DNA from: Azolla caroliniana
Lineage: Eukaryota > Plantae > Polypodiophyta
Direction: 5' to 3'
DNA: 64,000 bases
Assembly: GCA_043228905.1 (NCBI GenBank)
Contig: JBHGNT010000011.1
Location: 15,810,001-15,874,000, forward strand
Position numbers and translations under genes: made by a program. The notes under the pieces are model-generated. The model was not told the origin of the DNA and searched no databases. It saw nothing but the letters and a program-made list of their open reading frames with translations. This document shows, piece by piece, positions 10,301 to 27,399 of this stretch (positions are counted from its first letter, which is position 1; each line of letters begins with the position of its first letter).

Positions 10301-11800
10301 TGAGTTTGTTGAGATTGATGTGGCCGATTCGCTTATGCCATAGCTCTATGTCGGAGTCGGCTTTCGTGCTTTTCGCAAACATGGCGGATTTCATCTCGTG
10401 CAAATCGAGAATGAACATTCGGCCCTCTCTTCTTCCGCGTGCGATGATTCGGCCTTCTTTTTCGATGAAGGACCCTTCTTGATCGAATCGTACTTGCATC
10501 CCTTGCTCAACCATTTGGCCGACCGAGACCAAATTCTTCGTGATGGTGGGAACATGCAAGACATTTTTAATGTATGTTTGCTTACCTCTTCCGCCGAACG
10601 GGACATTGCTGATGTGCCGAATCGGGTGCGTAGTGTCATCTCCGGTTTTGACATACCGGGTCGCTCCGGCTCTCGAAGTTTGAGAAATCATTCTTTATGG
10701 GATGTCATATGGTTTGAGGCTCCGAAGTCTACAAACCATATGTCCTCCGGATTGAGGGCACTAATTGAGGTAGAGGCCGACATAGAGTTTGCTCTATGTT
10801 TCATCATAAACATTCCGCCACGGTCGAAGTTGTATGCATACATTCCGCCACGATCTTCGTAGTCAGAGTTGTTCCCATACATTCCGCTATACTCTTCGTA
10901 GTCGGAATTGTGTGCGTAATTCGTGAGTTGTCGGCTTGTGGAAGCCGATTCACGCATCTTCTTTCGGCACTCTTCTTCGTGGTGGCCGAGCTTTCCGCAA
11001 TATCCGCATTCGGTTGCGTTTTGACGGCTCGGGGCGGAGTAGAAGCTCCCCCTTCTTGCGAAGGTTCCTCGTTGGCCTCCGTTTTGCGGCCGAAATTGGG
11101 AGTTGTTGTCGTAGGTCGGACCTCGTCCGCCTTGTCCTTGGCCGAATCGGCCTCTTACTCGTCCGTGTCCTCTTCCTCCATTAGAGTGCGTGTAGAGCAT
11201 GTGGCCTTCCGACTCATTGCTCCTTGTACACACGTGGTTTTCTTCGACCAATAGCATTGATTGGAGCTCGAAGGAGGAGGGAGATTTCTCCCGTGCTAGA
11301 ACGGTGGTTCGCATCGCACCGAACCGTGGTGCGAGGTCGCTGAGGCATATTTGCACCATCTCATCATCATCTATACTTACGCTTATTGAGTTGAGCGAGT
11401 CGCAAAGCTCCTTGATCTTCAAGGTGTATGTCGTGATGGATATGTCCCTTTGTTCAATGTTGTTCAACTCTTGGCGGAGTTGAAGCTTCCTCGCGGTCGT
11501 GTTGGCGGCGAAAATCTTTCGTAGATTTTCCCACGCTTCCTTCGGCGTCTTGGCTTCTCGAATGTAATCGAGCATGTGGTCGTGAACACATGTCGCCAAA
11601 CAATACATCACGCGGCTTGCGGCTTGCTCCCATGTCGCGTATCTGGGAGCCGCTTCGGCAGGTCGGTCTTCATGCGCTCCTTTGATGTAGCTCCAATAGC
11701 CTTGTCCGACAAGGTATTGGTGCATCTTGTACTCCCAAGATGCGAAGTTATTTCGATCCAACTTCTCGGTAGGGAGAGCGCTCCCCATTTGAATATTCAT
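7351..11800 (-). pseudogene. Copia gag-pol with stops and frameshifts
   Basis: Fragments: CGYCGKLGHHEEEC, WFVDFGASNHMT, LWHKRIGH..CEACQ, FIDDFSR/RSDGG/QNGVAER, MDVKNAFL, LYVDD, TKHIEVHYHFIRE, ADIFTKAL. Confidence 0.95.
9535..9870. repeat. 163-bp tandem duplication in copia integrase
   Basis: 9535-9697 = 9698-9860 with 1 mismatch; TGCGGAGTG at 9535, 9698 and 9862. Confidence 0.92.
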
Positions 11801-11950
11801 TATGTCGATTCTTCTTCTTCTTCGTCTTCTCTTTTCGAATGCGAGCTATGTAGCGAAGCTACGATAGCTATGAGTCGGTTCTTGGTTGTCGGCGTAGAGC
11901 ACAACACACGATCACGATGAGGCGAATGGGCTAGATCGAGCTACCAAATC

Positions 11951-11962
11951 GCTCTGATACCA
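11951..11962 (-). promoter_or_regulatory. PBS, tRNA-iMet
   Basis: TGGTATCAGAGC on minus strand abutting the LTR. Confidence 0.92.
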
Positions 11963-12020
11963 TGTAAAGAATCAAGAGATGGATTCTTGTGAAGCAGAAC
12001 AGATGTGAGTTATGTGTGTG

Positions 12021-12077
<57 letters not shown>

Positions 12078-12377
12078 GTGAAACACAAAGAATACGCAAG
12101 GTAAAAGTATATTAACAAAGGAGAAACACTCAACGTTATACTAGGTGGGAGGAAGGTGCTTTATGTAGTCACCCTCTCTCTTCATTAACTACAAGCCTCA
12201 TGGAGCATGGGGAATGTGAAAGCTCATAAGTTATGTGTCATAGAATATGATTCTATGACTCATACTAAATGCTAGAATACAAAGTGGTGACATAATGGTG
12301 ACTCTTGACCGTTGGAGTGTCTCTTCACTCTCAAGGTGAGTTCACACACTAGACCAAGTTTAGCTTGATTCTCAACA
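11963..12377 (-). repeat. 5' LTR of copia element, containing (GA)n
   Basis: Termini TGTTGAGAATCAAG...CTTGATTCTTTACA on minus; homologous to 43972-44353. Confidence 0.92.
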
Positions 12378-14042
12378 GAATATATCATGACTTGGTTTTT
12401 TTATCATGTGTTTTTTGGCAACTTGAGCCCAAGTGCGGCTCATCATTTACAACATGTATCGGCCCTTTCCTTGACAAGGAACATTCCTTAGCTAAATGTC
12501 CCATTCTTTTACATAAAAAACATTGATTTGGTAACCCAACATATAAAAAAATTTGTCTCTTTATCTATTATACATTATGTTGAGAGATGGAAATAAACTT
12601 TAGGAGTTTTCACTACCATTAGTGGTGTTAAGCATGAATCCCTACTCCCACAAACTCTGATGGATCGCAATCAATCTCCCATGGATGTTAAAAAATATAA
12701 CTATCTACTAGGTTTATGCATTAAATAATGGAACAAACATTTGACAATGCAATCATCCTACTTTCACTATGCATTGACTACGTGACACTCTTAGCAAATC
12801 ATTTAGAAGATGCACTAAAGTTGAGTGTGTTGGAAGACCTTTATATTCATTGTTGGTTTTGCTTGTGATTGATCTAGACAGGCAATCATAAACCAAACAT
12901 TATGGGCAAGAATTAGTCACTTAAATCATAAATATTTTTGAAAGACATTGGCCTTGAGTCGTTGCTCTTCATTTCAAAATGAGAAAAGGGAATCACAATT
13001 GGACACAATTGCTCCTCGATATATATCAGCAGCTCTTGAGTGTATTTGGGAACACATTAAAAACATCCCAAATTGCTCGCTTACAAAGTTTCTCTATTGA
13101 TATCCCCTTAAAGTCAAGGTCGGATAATGTCCATTGAGATTCTCACATCAATTTCCTAGAATTGAATGAAACTAAAGCATAAAACTACCATAGATGTAAA
13201 AAAAAAACTACTTGAATTTGTTATTCTATTCGATCTTACACCCTTGCATTGGGCCACAAAGAAGAACAATTATTTTCCTACAATGGTTTAACTTTTATCA
13301 CAAGCCAACTTGTTGTGCCCATATTTTCAACAATCATTAACCACACCAACATCCCCCTCCCAACATTTGATTGCAACGTCTACTATCATGGATTACCCTT
13401 GTAATATGGAATGAAAAATGAAGACAATTTTAATAAAACACTCTCGATAGTGTATTGCATGAAAAATGAAGAGTACATAGTTGTATTTATGAACACTGAC
13501 AAAATCTCAAGCAATTTGTTATATACAATTTATAAATACACTTCTGGCAGTGAACACGCCTACATTGAAATAACCTCACTTTTACGACTACATATAGTGC
13601 TTCACCCATTTACTTTTACCTTGATTTCTCATTGTGACACACCAAGAAGTATAAAATGCATTTACAATTTCAAAGAGTTTAAAACAGGTTATCGAAGAGC
13701 CTTACCATCAGACTTCATACTACCTTAACATACAAGAAGCTTTGATTCTGTTTCTTATAAAGTAGAATTGAAAAGACTATAGAGTATCAAAAACATGAAT
13801 CCTAACACAGCATATGTACTTTACAAAAACTGGAAAGATCTGGGACAACTTATAACTCAAAAATCTCATTTCCCTGATAAAAATTCCGAGTACAGTGAAA
13901 AAAAATTGCAGTAGACAACGAATTCAGAAATAAGAAAAGAAGTTCAGAGTTTGGTCATTACTCATTAACAGACACACAAAGTAAACCGAGTATTTTTAAA
14001 GCATCAAAACGCCCCAGGTAAAAAACATTTCTCTGGGTTTAC

Positions 14043-16392
14043 TCAGATGAGGTCAGCAACATTCTGGGGCAATTCTTCAATGACAACATTGTAGAACCTC
14101 TGTATATCTTGAAGCATTCTCTCATCGTCTCTAGTAATGAAGTTGATAGCAACTCCTTTCCTTCCAAACCTTCCACTGCGCCCAATTCTGTGGAGATAAT
14201 TCTCAGGCTGAGTTGGAAGATCGTAATTGATCACGAGTGAAACCTGTTGCACATCAATTCCGCGGGCCAAAAGATCCGTTGTGATTAAAACCCGAGATGA
14301 CCCTGACCGAAACTCCCTCATAATGATATCCCTAGTGTTCTGATCCATATCTCCGTGAGTGGCTGAGACAGTGTGATCACTAGCTCTCATCTTGTCTGTC
14401 AGCCAATCAACCTTTCGGCGTGTGTTGACAAAGATGACACTCTGAGTGATGGCAAGGGTCTCGTATAAATCACAAAGTGTATCTAGCTTATAATCTTCCA
14501 AGTCGACATTCACATAGAATTGCTTGATACCTTCTAGTGTCAACTCATCTCTTTTCACTAATATTCTGACAGGCTTGTTCATGAATTTCCTCGTAATCTC
14601 TAATGCTTCTGGGGGCATTGTAGCAGAGAAAACACCAACCTGGATTTTCGAAGGAAGCAGCTGGAAGATATCATATATCTGAGAAACAATTAAGCAAACA
14701 ACTATTAGTTCATAGATGTACTATCAATCTGAAATAGAAACACCATGAGATGACTGCATTCAGCAATGTGAAAAGAACAATATGAGATGCAGTATTTGTG
14801 TCATGTATACCATGTGAAATAAATTGCACAAGCCAATGCAAAACAGATTGATTTGTGTTTACAAAAGACAAATTTAAACAACCCATACCTGATCTTTAAA
14901 GCCACGTGAGAGCATCTCATCAGCTTCATCAAGGACGAAAATCTTGATATAATCTGCACGGAGAGACTGCCTCCGAAGCATATCATAAACCCTTCCTGGA
15001 GTGCCAACAACCACATGTACACCGCTTTGCAGAATACGCTGATCCTCTCTTACACTGGTCCCTCCCACACATGCATGAACCTTAACCTGTAGGTAGTCTC
15101 CTAGTGCTCTCATAACTTTCTCAATTTGCTGAGCTAGCTCTCGAGTGGGAGCAAGCACAAGAGCTTGGCAATCAAGTAGATTATAATCCAGTTGTTGTAA
15201 CACGCCTGAACAAAAAGTTGCAGTTTTTCCGGTTCCTGATTGAGCTTGTTGAATGACATCAAGACCTTTGCAAAATGGAACAATGCCTCTTTGTTGAATT
15301 GCAGATGGTTTCTCAAACCCTGTACACAAGTATTCAATTGAATAATCAAGAACAAAATTGTCCTCTAAAGAATAAGAGTCCCAACAGTAAAAGCCATAGA
15401 TAATATGAAATTAAACTGCTTCATTGTTATCAAGTAGAATCAAGTCCGGTTAAAGTGCGAATTCTTGACAAAAAATAATTTATTCAAGCATACCCGAAAA
15501 CATTAAAGAAAAAAAAATATTGAGATCATGCACCTAATAAGCTTTATATTAAAGTAATTTCATTTAATCTCCACACCTAAACTTCGGATAGAATCAAACA
15601 GTAGAAATATAAACACTTATCTACTCAGCATGATTGAATTTATATCAAATAGAATAATACTTCAAATTTATTCGCACAAGTATGACCATAACTATATAAC
15701 ACGTACAACCATCACATCCACCAGTAATATGTAATCAGGTCAAACCAAAGACATACGTGAACAATCCATATCAAGAAGATTAACCATGCGTAGAAAAATC
15801 ATAAACTCAACACATATTATAGAGAAAGATAAGTATTGAAACATACCATATGCATAAATTCCTCTGAGCAGATTTTCGTGCAGGTTCATGGAATCGAAGC
15901 TCTCATTCACCTCATCCCAGGTAGATATGAGATCATCTCCGTCACCAGAAAGCCTGTCGAGAACCATAAAAAAATCATTAAAGCATAAAACAGAAGAAAA
16001 TGAAAACATTATCAGATAACTTCATAATAATATATCGACATTAGAAACAATAAAAATCGGTGCAAAGGAACAGTAAGAAAATAAATCGAGACATACGAAA
16101 AACAAAACGGCACAAGGGAAAATCATCGCAATAGAAAGCTGCTAGTCATAGCGAAAACGAAGTGAGAGGCTCTTTCGACAAGGATATAACCAAACGACGA
16201 TACGGACATAGAACAAAGTCCCATCGCAAGAACAGAGAGGTGAAAGACGACGCCAAAGAGAATTACATGTACTAATACAAAAACAGCAACACAAAGGAGA
16301 GATAAGGAATCCATAGAAGCTTACACAGCGTCCATTTTACTGTCATATTGATGAGCATCGAACTGAGAACCGTCGGGAGCGAGGCCAGCCAT
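14043..16392 (-). CDS. eIF4A: Translation initiation factor 4A, DEAD-box helicase; exons 16392-16325, 15953-15847, 15319-14889, 14678-14043
   Basis: [56 protein letters not shown]; GT-AG introns keep frame. Confidence 0.97.
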
Positions 16393-16465
16393 AGAGAAAA
16401 AGGCAGGTATTCTTTTCCTGCGGGGAGGAACCAAGAGAAACAGTAAGAAATGGGTGTTAATGGGG

Positions 16466-16503
<38 letters not shown>

Positions 16504-16583
16504 GCCTGGAGTCTGCGGAAGCTGGAGGAAGACGATGAGAATCAAAAGGAGGGAAAAGCCATTGATGCAGAAACCGAGTTTTT

Positions 16584-16621
16584 TAGGGTTTTGCAGAAAC
16601 GTCCGGTTTCACACATGGGCC
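16584..16621 (-). promoter_or_regulatory. Telo-box and site II motif upstream of eIF4A
   Basis: AAACCCTA (minus, 16584-91) and TGGGCC (16616-21), a pair typical of plant translation-machinery promoters. Confidence 0.55.
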
Positions 16622-16694
16622 GCCCATCACATCATCTCCTCAAAATTTAAATACGATGGAGAAGCTTCTTCTTCCTTCTTCCTTCTTCCTTCTT

Positions 16695-16725
<31 letters not shown>

Positions 16726-19700
16726 TCTTGTTGCTTCGATCAAATGATTTTAGATGTGTTTTTAATGTGTGCACAAACTCAAGTTTTTTATTGTTTCTCA
16801 TGTATGCATGGCTTCGGGTTTACCTTTCAAAGGAATCCTTAAGCTCGTTGTATGATTTGTGAATGGACCTACGTGTTGGTCACTTCCAATGAAACAAAGA
16901 AATCTCCTCTCTCTCCCTTGCCTTTTCCAACCATTCCACTTGCCATTTTATTATTCTTCCTTCCATGGTTTTCTTCAACCAGGCTACGATCGAGAAAGGT
17001 ATTGATAGTTAATCACCTTGCGCATTCTTAAGATCCAACGTTGCGTTGGGTTCATTCAAGGTGTCTATGCATGTGATAACCACAATGACATATATTCCAT
17101 TTGCCATCTTTCTTATAGAACCACCATGAGACATTTCCAAGTAATGTTTGTGGAGGTTATAGTGACTCTCAGGTTTCAATGTCCAAGAATTTTTAATTAA
17201 TGAACATTATAATTGAGTGTGCTCGTGCTAACTACGTGGCAAATGTGATTAAAAATGACTACATGTTGAAGCCATGAAGACGACAAATTCAAATATGGTA
17301 AACAATGGAGCATTGTAGTAGAGTATGGTACATGGACTTACAAACATGTACAATATGCATAATCAAAGGCTCTCTTGGTTGATGTTCTAATGCATTGTTT
17401 GGCATCATAATACTTCACTTGTAAAAATCCAAGAATGATATGCCACAACAAGTGGAGATAATTATTGTGCAAGAAGCTATGATTCTAGATGGTCCTCTTT
17501 GGAGGTGTAGAAAACCCGTTATTTTGTCCCCATTTTAGCCCACTTTTTACGATGAATATGTACTTTATTGATCAAATAGTGGCCAATGTATTGATAACCA
17601 TTTTGACCCCTTCATCGTAATGAGTTTGGCACCTCTTTGTTCCCAAGCAATTGATTCTTGATAGCCATGGCTTCACTGATATCATCCTTTGGGAAATTGC
17701 ATCGATCTTATTCATATTGAAGTATCAAACCCACCCATTATGAGAATGAACTAGCAATATTTCATCTTACAATATACGATGTTGCAAAACAACAATGACA
17801 TGATAAATTTCAAAGACTTTATTATCATCGTTGTAATGCCCTCGATCATAACCCATGCACACGAGCTAACCATGGCCATTACATTGTAGGGTTCGCGATT
17901 AAAAACATTACCTCTATCATAGCACGTGATCCCCCCCCCTCCTAAACTTAATGCTCTTTTAACTCCAACATAAGAATTTTGAATTAGGATAAAGGGGAAG
18001 AAAAACTATCCTGACACTCTTTCAACTCCAATTTAGTAAAAATAAATCAGAACAAATGGAAAGAAAATACATCCCATGTTTATTTACTAAGAGAATGAGT
18101 TTGGGTAAGTTTTCATTTCTCGTAAACCCAAATGTTATAGTCATTCGATGCATAATTGTTGCATTATTTTATAGCTTTGATGTCATGTGAAATTGCATAC
18201 AAATGGGACATGTTTAATCAAATTGATTGACAATCAAACATAACAAAAGCAATAATGTGTGTATGTGCACACATACGTTGTTGTTTTTTTGTTGTCATCT
18301 TATTTGCTCAAGTAATCACAAAATACCAACTTGATACATCAATGGCATGTTGATCTCCACTATTCTATTTTCGGGTTCACTTTGTGGTATTGTAAACAAC
18401 AATAGACAACTCCTTGTATTTGTTTTCTTCTATAACCACTCTTAAAGTAACCTAATGATCCTCGATGAAGTGTCTAGGTCTAAAACTTGCTTGGCCAAGT
18501 GTTATTTTGTTTCTACTTTCAACCCATGCACTTGTTTTTTGCTCCACATCACTAATAAGAGACGTTCTTTGCTTCGCATCGCATAAATAATATTTTACAA
18601 TAATGTTAACTTAGTAGACTTAGTGTGACATCATATTTTCATGACGAACAAGTGGGAGTCTTTGCGTTGTTACATCGAACACGACATAAGAGACATGGGA
18701 AACACAAAATGTTCAATGTTCATCTCAGCTCTAATCCAAAAATGCAACGATGGCCACAATCAATAAAAAGCAAAATAATCGGTTGAGAACTTGTTTGATG
18801 TGTTTTTGTTAGCAATTATGATTAGTATTCACATCATTTCATGGATATATCACTCTATATCCAGAGCAAAAGTCATGCTACAATATCACATATCAAAGAA
18901 GATTTGAGATGTAATACATTCTTGTACATTTGACGTGATGTATACCTGTAGCAAAGAGAGGCAACATTCAAAGACATGCTACAAGGGTTGGCCTTTGTGC
19001 CAAATGCTTGTTGTGTGGATGTATATCACGAGGGGAACAAATTATGTGTTCAGAGCATGAGCCCAATATTAGCCATTGTCTAGCTATATAAACAATAAAC
19101 TTGTATCAAGTGAGTTTGTAACAAGATAAAACAAATCCCCAACATGAATCAACACATATGATTGAATAGTTCCATAAAGTTAGAATAGTCAAGTATATAC
19201 ACACACACACACACATGATATATGATGACATATTAATCGAGGTTTGATGGAAACGAAACAACAGTAGGAGTCATGTGAATGTGATCGCACAAAGTTGTTG
19301 CATTCGAAGAGACATATACAAGGATACATATGTGCAGCTTATTGTTAGCATGACACATGGATGAAGGTGCAATGGAAAACAAGTAGTTAATGAGTTATTG
19401 CAAATGTTTATATTACCGGGTGGTCGTCCATCCGAGGAACGACAAAACAAGTTAGCACGAGTCATCAAATGGACATACATATATACACATAACACATACA
19501 CATACATATATGTATATATGTATACACAAACACACAAGTCACATAAATATGTATTTTCGCTTGAACAGACACACAAACATATACGTTATGTAGATAGATA
19601 GATAGGACACATACATACTGATACATATATGTATATACATAACACCAAATCATGACAGGGGCAGAGGCTACAGTGGTGATGGTGACGGTGGTGGAAGCTA

Positions 19701-19879
19701 TGGTGGGCGGAGGCTATGGCGGTGAAATGATCTTATGTGATAATGCTAGAGTTAAAAATTGGGTTGCGCTAGAGAAATTCCTTATATGGGAAATTATATG
19801 ATGCATATTTGGGAGTATGTAGACATGGGCTGTGCTGATTTTCAAGGATTCCATTTTAACTGATGTTTTCCTGCTTCAG

Positions 19880-20356
19880 GTAGTCAGGTGCTGCTTAGAG
19901 CATGCTGCCTCAGCGGCAAAGACATTCCTTACGTTACATGTGGTGGTGGAAATCAAAGAACCTGAACCCAGTGTGCCAGCTGGTAACCCCATGGATAATT
20001 CAGGTAAATCTGATATGAATCATTGCATGCATATCTTAAATAAGAAATAAGACTGATGTTTGATGTACATCTAGATGCTCACACTTGATTAAGGAGTGCA
20101 TGCAATTTGCTTGTATGATATATATCCTTATCTACTTGCTTATACATGACATATACCCACATCTGTGAATGGATTCCTTTGTGCATTATATTTACACTTA
20201 CATGTTTCTATAAACTCATATTATACACAATCGTTTATATTCGTATGCTGAACGCGGTGCTTTAGGGACGTGATAGATCTATATTGATGTATATCCATAT
20301 CATACAATAGACATGTTTTCTAACAGGAAACTATTTTTGCAGGATATGGCTACTAA
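19880..20356 (+). pseudogene. CPN60B: Orphan last two exons of plastid chaperonin-60 beta (19880-20003, 20343-20356)
   Basis: [36 protein letters not shown] spliced (GT-AG) to YGY-stop; no upstream exons seen. Confidence 0.88.
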
Positions 20357-20690
20357 AAGATTAAATTTCAGGATAGGTAACAACATTATTTATGGACCGA
20401 CTATAGCAAGTTTTGTAGCCAATGTTCTGGTTGCGGAAATTTATTCTTGTGAGCTGTAAAAGTTGAAGTCAAAGAGAAGGGTTGTCTGGATAAACAAAAA
20501 TATAGTTCATCTAACATCCCAATTGTTACTTGATGTTACAAAGGCGAAGCAATGTATAATTCTTTGCAATATATATTGTTCACACACTGTTGCTGGTAAT
20601 GCAAAGTGGCGGTAAAAAAATCTGTAAATATGTGCTTATTCAAGTGGGTGTTTTTTTAAAAGACATGATGTTATGGTAGTGGCATGCATT

Positions 20691-20997
20691 CATATATGGC
20701 TTGCACATATATGTACTCAAGAATATGAAAAGTAAATTACCAATAGTGTTTCTTTGAAACGACGATCTTGGTGCGTAGTGTCGAAACCTAACTTGGAAAC
20801 CTTTCAAGGAGGCGAAAAAGCAAAGGGAACATGGGAAAAATTCATATATGGCTTGCTTGCTCATCTATGTACTCAGGAATACGGAAAAGTAAATGATCAA
20901 TAGTGTTTCTTCGAAATGACAATCTTGGTGTCTAGTGGCAAAACCTAACTTGGAAACCTTTCAAGCAAGCAAAAAGCAAGGGAACATGGAAAAACTT
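20691..20997. repeat. Diverged tandem duplication, ~153-bp unit
   Basis: catatatggcttgc...ggaaacctttcaag...gggaacatgg at 20691 and 20844. Confidence 0.8.
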
Positions 20998-22021
20998 GAA
21001 TGTTCATCCGATGCTAAAAACAAAAGGCACATGTGTCTAGTTGTTTTGAGTGTACCATTACGGTGTCTTATGAAAAGACACCATGTTCTAGTTGTTTGAG
21101 TGTCCTTTTCTCGATTTGATCTTAGTTCTCATGACCTTTTGTAAAGGGTCAAGCTCTCCCAATTTATGAACGACTTTTTCTTTTGGGACCCTTGAAACAA
21201 ATACAAAGGTCACCAATTATGAGTTTATACACAAGTAGTAATCATTAGTATTCAATTGTTCTAGGACTACTTGACAAAAAATTTCAAGTTGAAAAATACT
21301 ATAGCACCACTAGTAGTTTGACAAATATTGGTCCTAGATTACTTATTGTTACTTGAGGCTTATTAGGTCAACTTTATTACCTTAGGAGAAATGTCATTAG
21401 GTTTAAATCCCAACTTAGATATATTAAGATTGAATTTGTGTTCATTTGTATGTAACAAGAGGTACAACATTGACTAGATAGATGAAATATGAAAAGAAGA
21501 AAACATTTTGGGGTTGAGCAACAGATTCCACTAAGTGAAATAAGGTTCAGTCATAGATTTCTAATTATATCTACAAAATACTATGTAATGTCATACATAT
21601 AGCTCTTTTATGATCTTCGTATGCTATATTAGGCTTAGACAAATATTACTTTTTGCATAGATTATGTCACAAATATCTTGTTTAGTAAACTTCTCATCTC
21701 ACCTTATAAGCAAAATTTGTTAACCTCTTTGTTAGTGTTGCGTTTTTAAGGGAATAGTGTGATTAATTTGTTGTATTGCCAATAGTGTGATTAATATGTA
21801 GCACATATATTGATCGATAAGTTTCACATATTGAATCAATCATATATTAATCTCTTCCTTGTTGATGGGGGGGAATACATTAATATACATGCAAGAATCA
21901 ATTACTAGTTGCCAAAATCCCAAAACCAAACGTCGAAACCTTGAAAAAGTAACAAGTTAAAGAAGAGACCAAAGAAGCTAAAGTTAAAATGTCGGAGTTG
22001 GGCGACCTCTGATAGATTTTA

Positions 22022-22199
22022 TTTCGCGCGTTCTTTGTTATCCAAATCAGACGGTGTAGATCGCACGCACCATCAGCTGAGCGACCTGCACTGTCAGTGG
22101 CTGCGATTCCCTCAGCAGCCCTTGTCAGTGGCTGCGATTCCCTCACCAGCCCTGTTTATGATTTGGTGTATAATAGACACGAGCATCTCTATGTGAAAA

Positions 22200-22260
<61 letters not shown>

Positions 22261-22430
22261 TATATATACATAACACCCCGAGTCATGAGATGCATCTCTA
22301 TGTTAAAAATCCACATAGCATACTCACATACGCACCTACATCTATGGATATACATACATTATTACATTGCCACCTGTCCTAAAATATACATGCATACGTA
22401 TGTACGTATGCACTTTTTTTAGGCGGGAAA
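22022..22430. promoter_or_regulatory. Two E2F-like sites upstream of CDKB
   Basis: TTTCGCGC at 22022-22029 and GGCGGGAAA (TTTCCCGCC on minus) at 22422-22430. Confidence 0.5.
22202..22256. repeat. (AC)n microsatellite
   Basis: Perfect dinucleotide run. Confidence 0.95.
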
Positions 22431-22719
22431 TTAAAAAAAAGAGAGTAAGACCACGAAGAAGAAAAAGGCGCTGTTTTTTGGTTCTCATTTCTACGTTCTC
22501 TTTCTGCTGTAAGTGCTCCAAGTCGAAGCTTCGCCATAGCTGGTAGGGATAAGACAGATAGACAGACAGCGGCGAGAGACACGCAGCGAGAGAGCATACG
22601 ATGACGACGTCAGCTTTCATTCGTCGAAGAAGTTTGACTCTCCGCCCTAGCTTCTGAGATATTCCCTTGTCAAGTCACACAGGGAGTGGATAGAGAAAGA
22701 TAGGTAGATTTCCATCGCC

Positions 22720-26777
<4,058 letters not shown>

Positions 26778-27399
26778 GAAGAATGGTGGGAGAAGGAAGA
26801 ATATGAAAAGGACACCATTAGGTATAGTTTGCACAGATTGGAGTAGGGGTAAAGATGTTTGTTTTTGACTCTGGCCTCCCCCACTTGTATTTTATCGTAA
26901 GTTTGTGGTGATATGTACATTATGATGTATGTAATAAGAATATCATGATTGCAATATTTTGTAGCAAAGAGTTTTAGAACGTTCATGTGGGCCTTCAAGT
27001 GAGGTAAACATAGAGAAGGCAATTTTCTGAATCAATTGATCCAACAATAGAATTATAATAGATTATAATTTAGTGTATGTTAATGTTGAAGTTGTTGCTT
27101 TGTACTTTTGATGGTTGTTAATGCCATCCACTTGTTTGAGTTGGAATCACATCAGAGATTATGTGCCCTTGCATACGGCAAAGGTTAAAACACTAACCTT
27201 TATTATGGAAATGCAACCAGAACAATTATGGAAAGAAAGATTAACGACCAAAGCTGTACATCCATGCCAAAGGCAAGTGCAATATACAGTTGGTCTCTGT
27301 TGGATATGCACGACATGACTGGCTAAGATTTGGCCATGACTTTTTTAACTCCAACTAAGTTGCTTACAGTAGGTGGAGTTAGTTAAGATTTGGCCATGA

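Larger units (their letters stand above)
7285..12377 (-). mobile_element. Decayed Ty1/copia LTR retrotransposon interrupted in its 3' UTR by the gypsy element
   Basis: LTR, Met PBS, gag-PR-INT-RT-RNaseH order on minus strand; 3' LTR expected outside the window. Confidence 0.95.

Noticed and set aside
16900-19200. Coding-like decayed sequence, possible old transposase (similar at 12400-13400, 32400-33400, 42200-42700)
   Set aside because: No diagnostic motif readable by eye; needs translated profile search.
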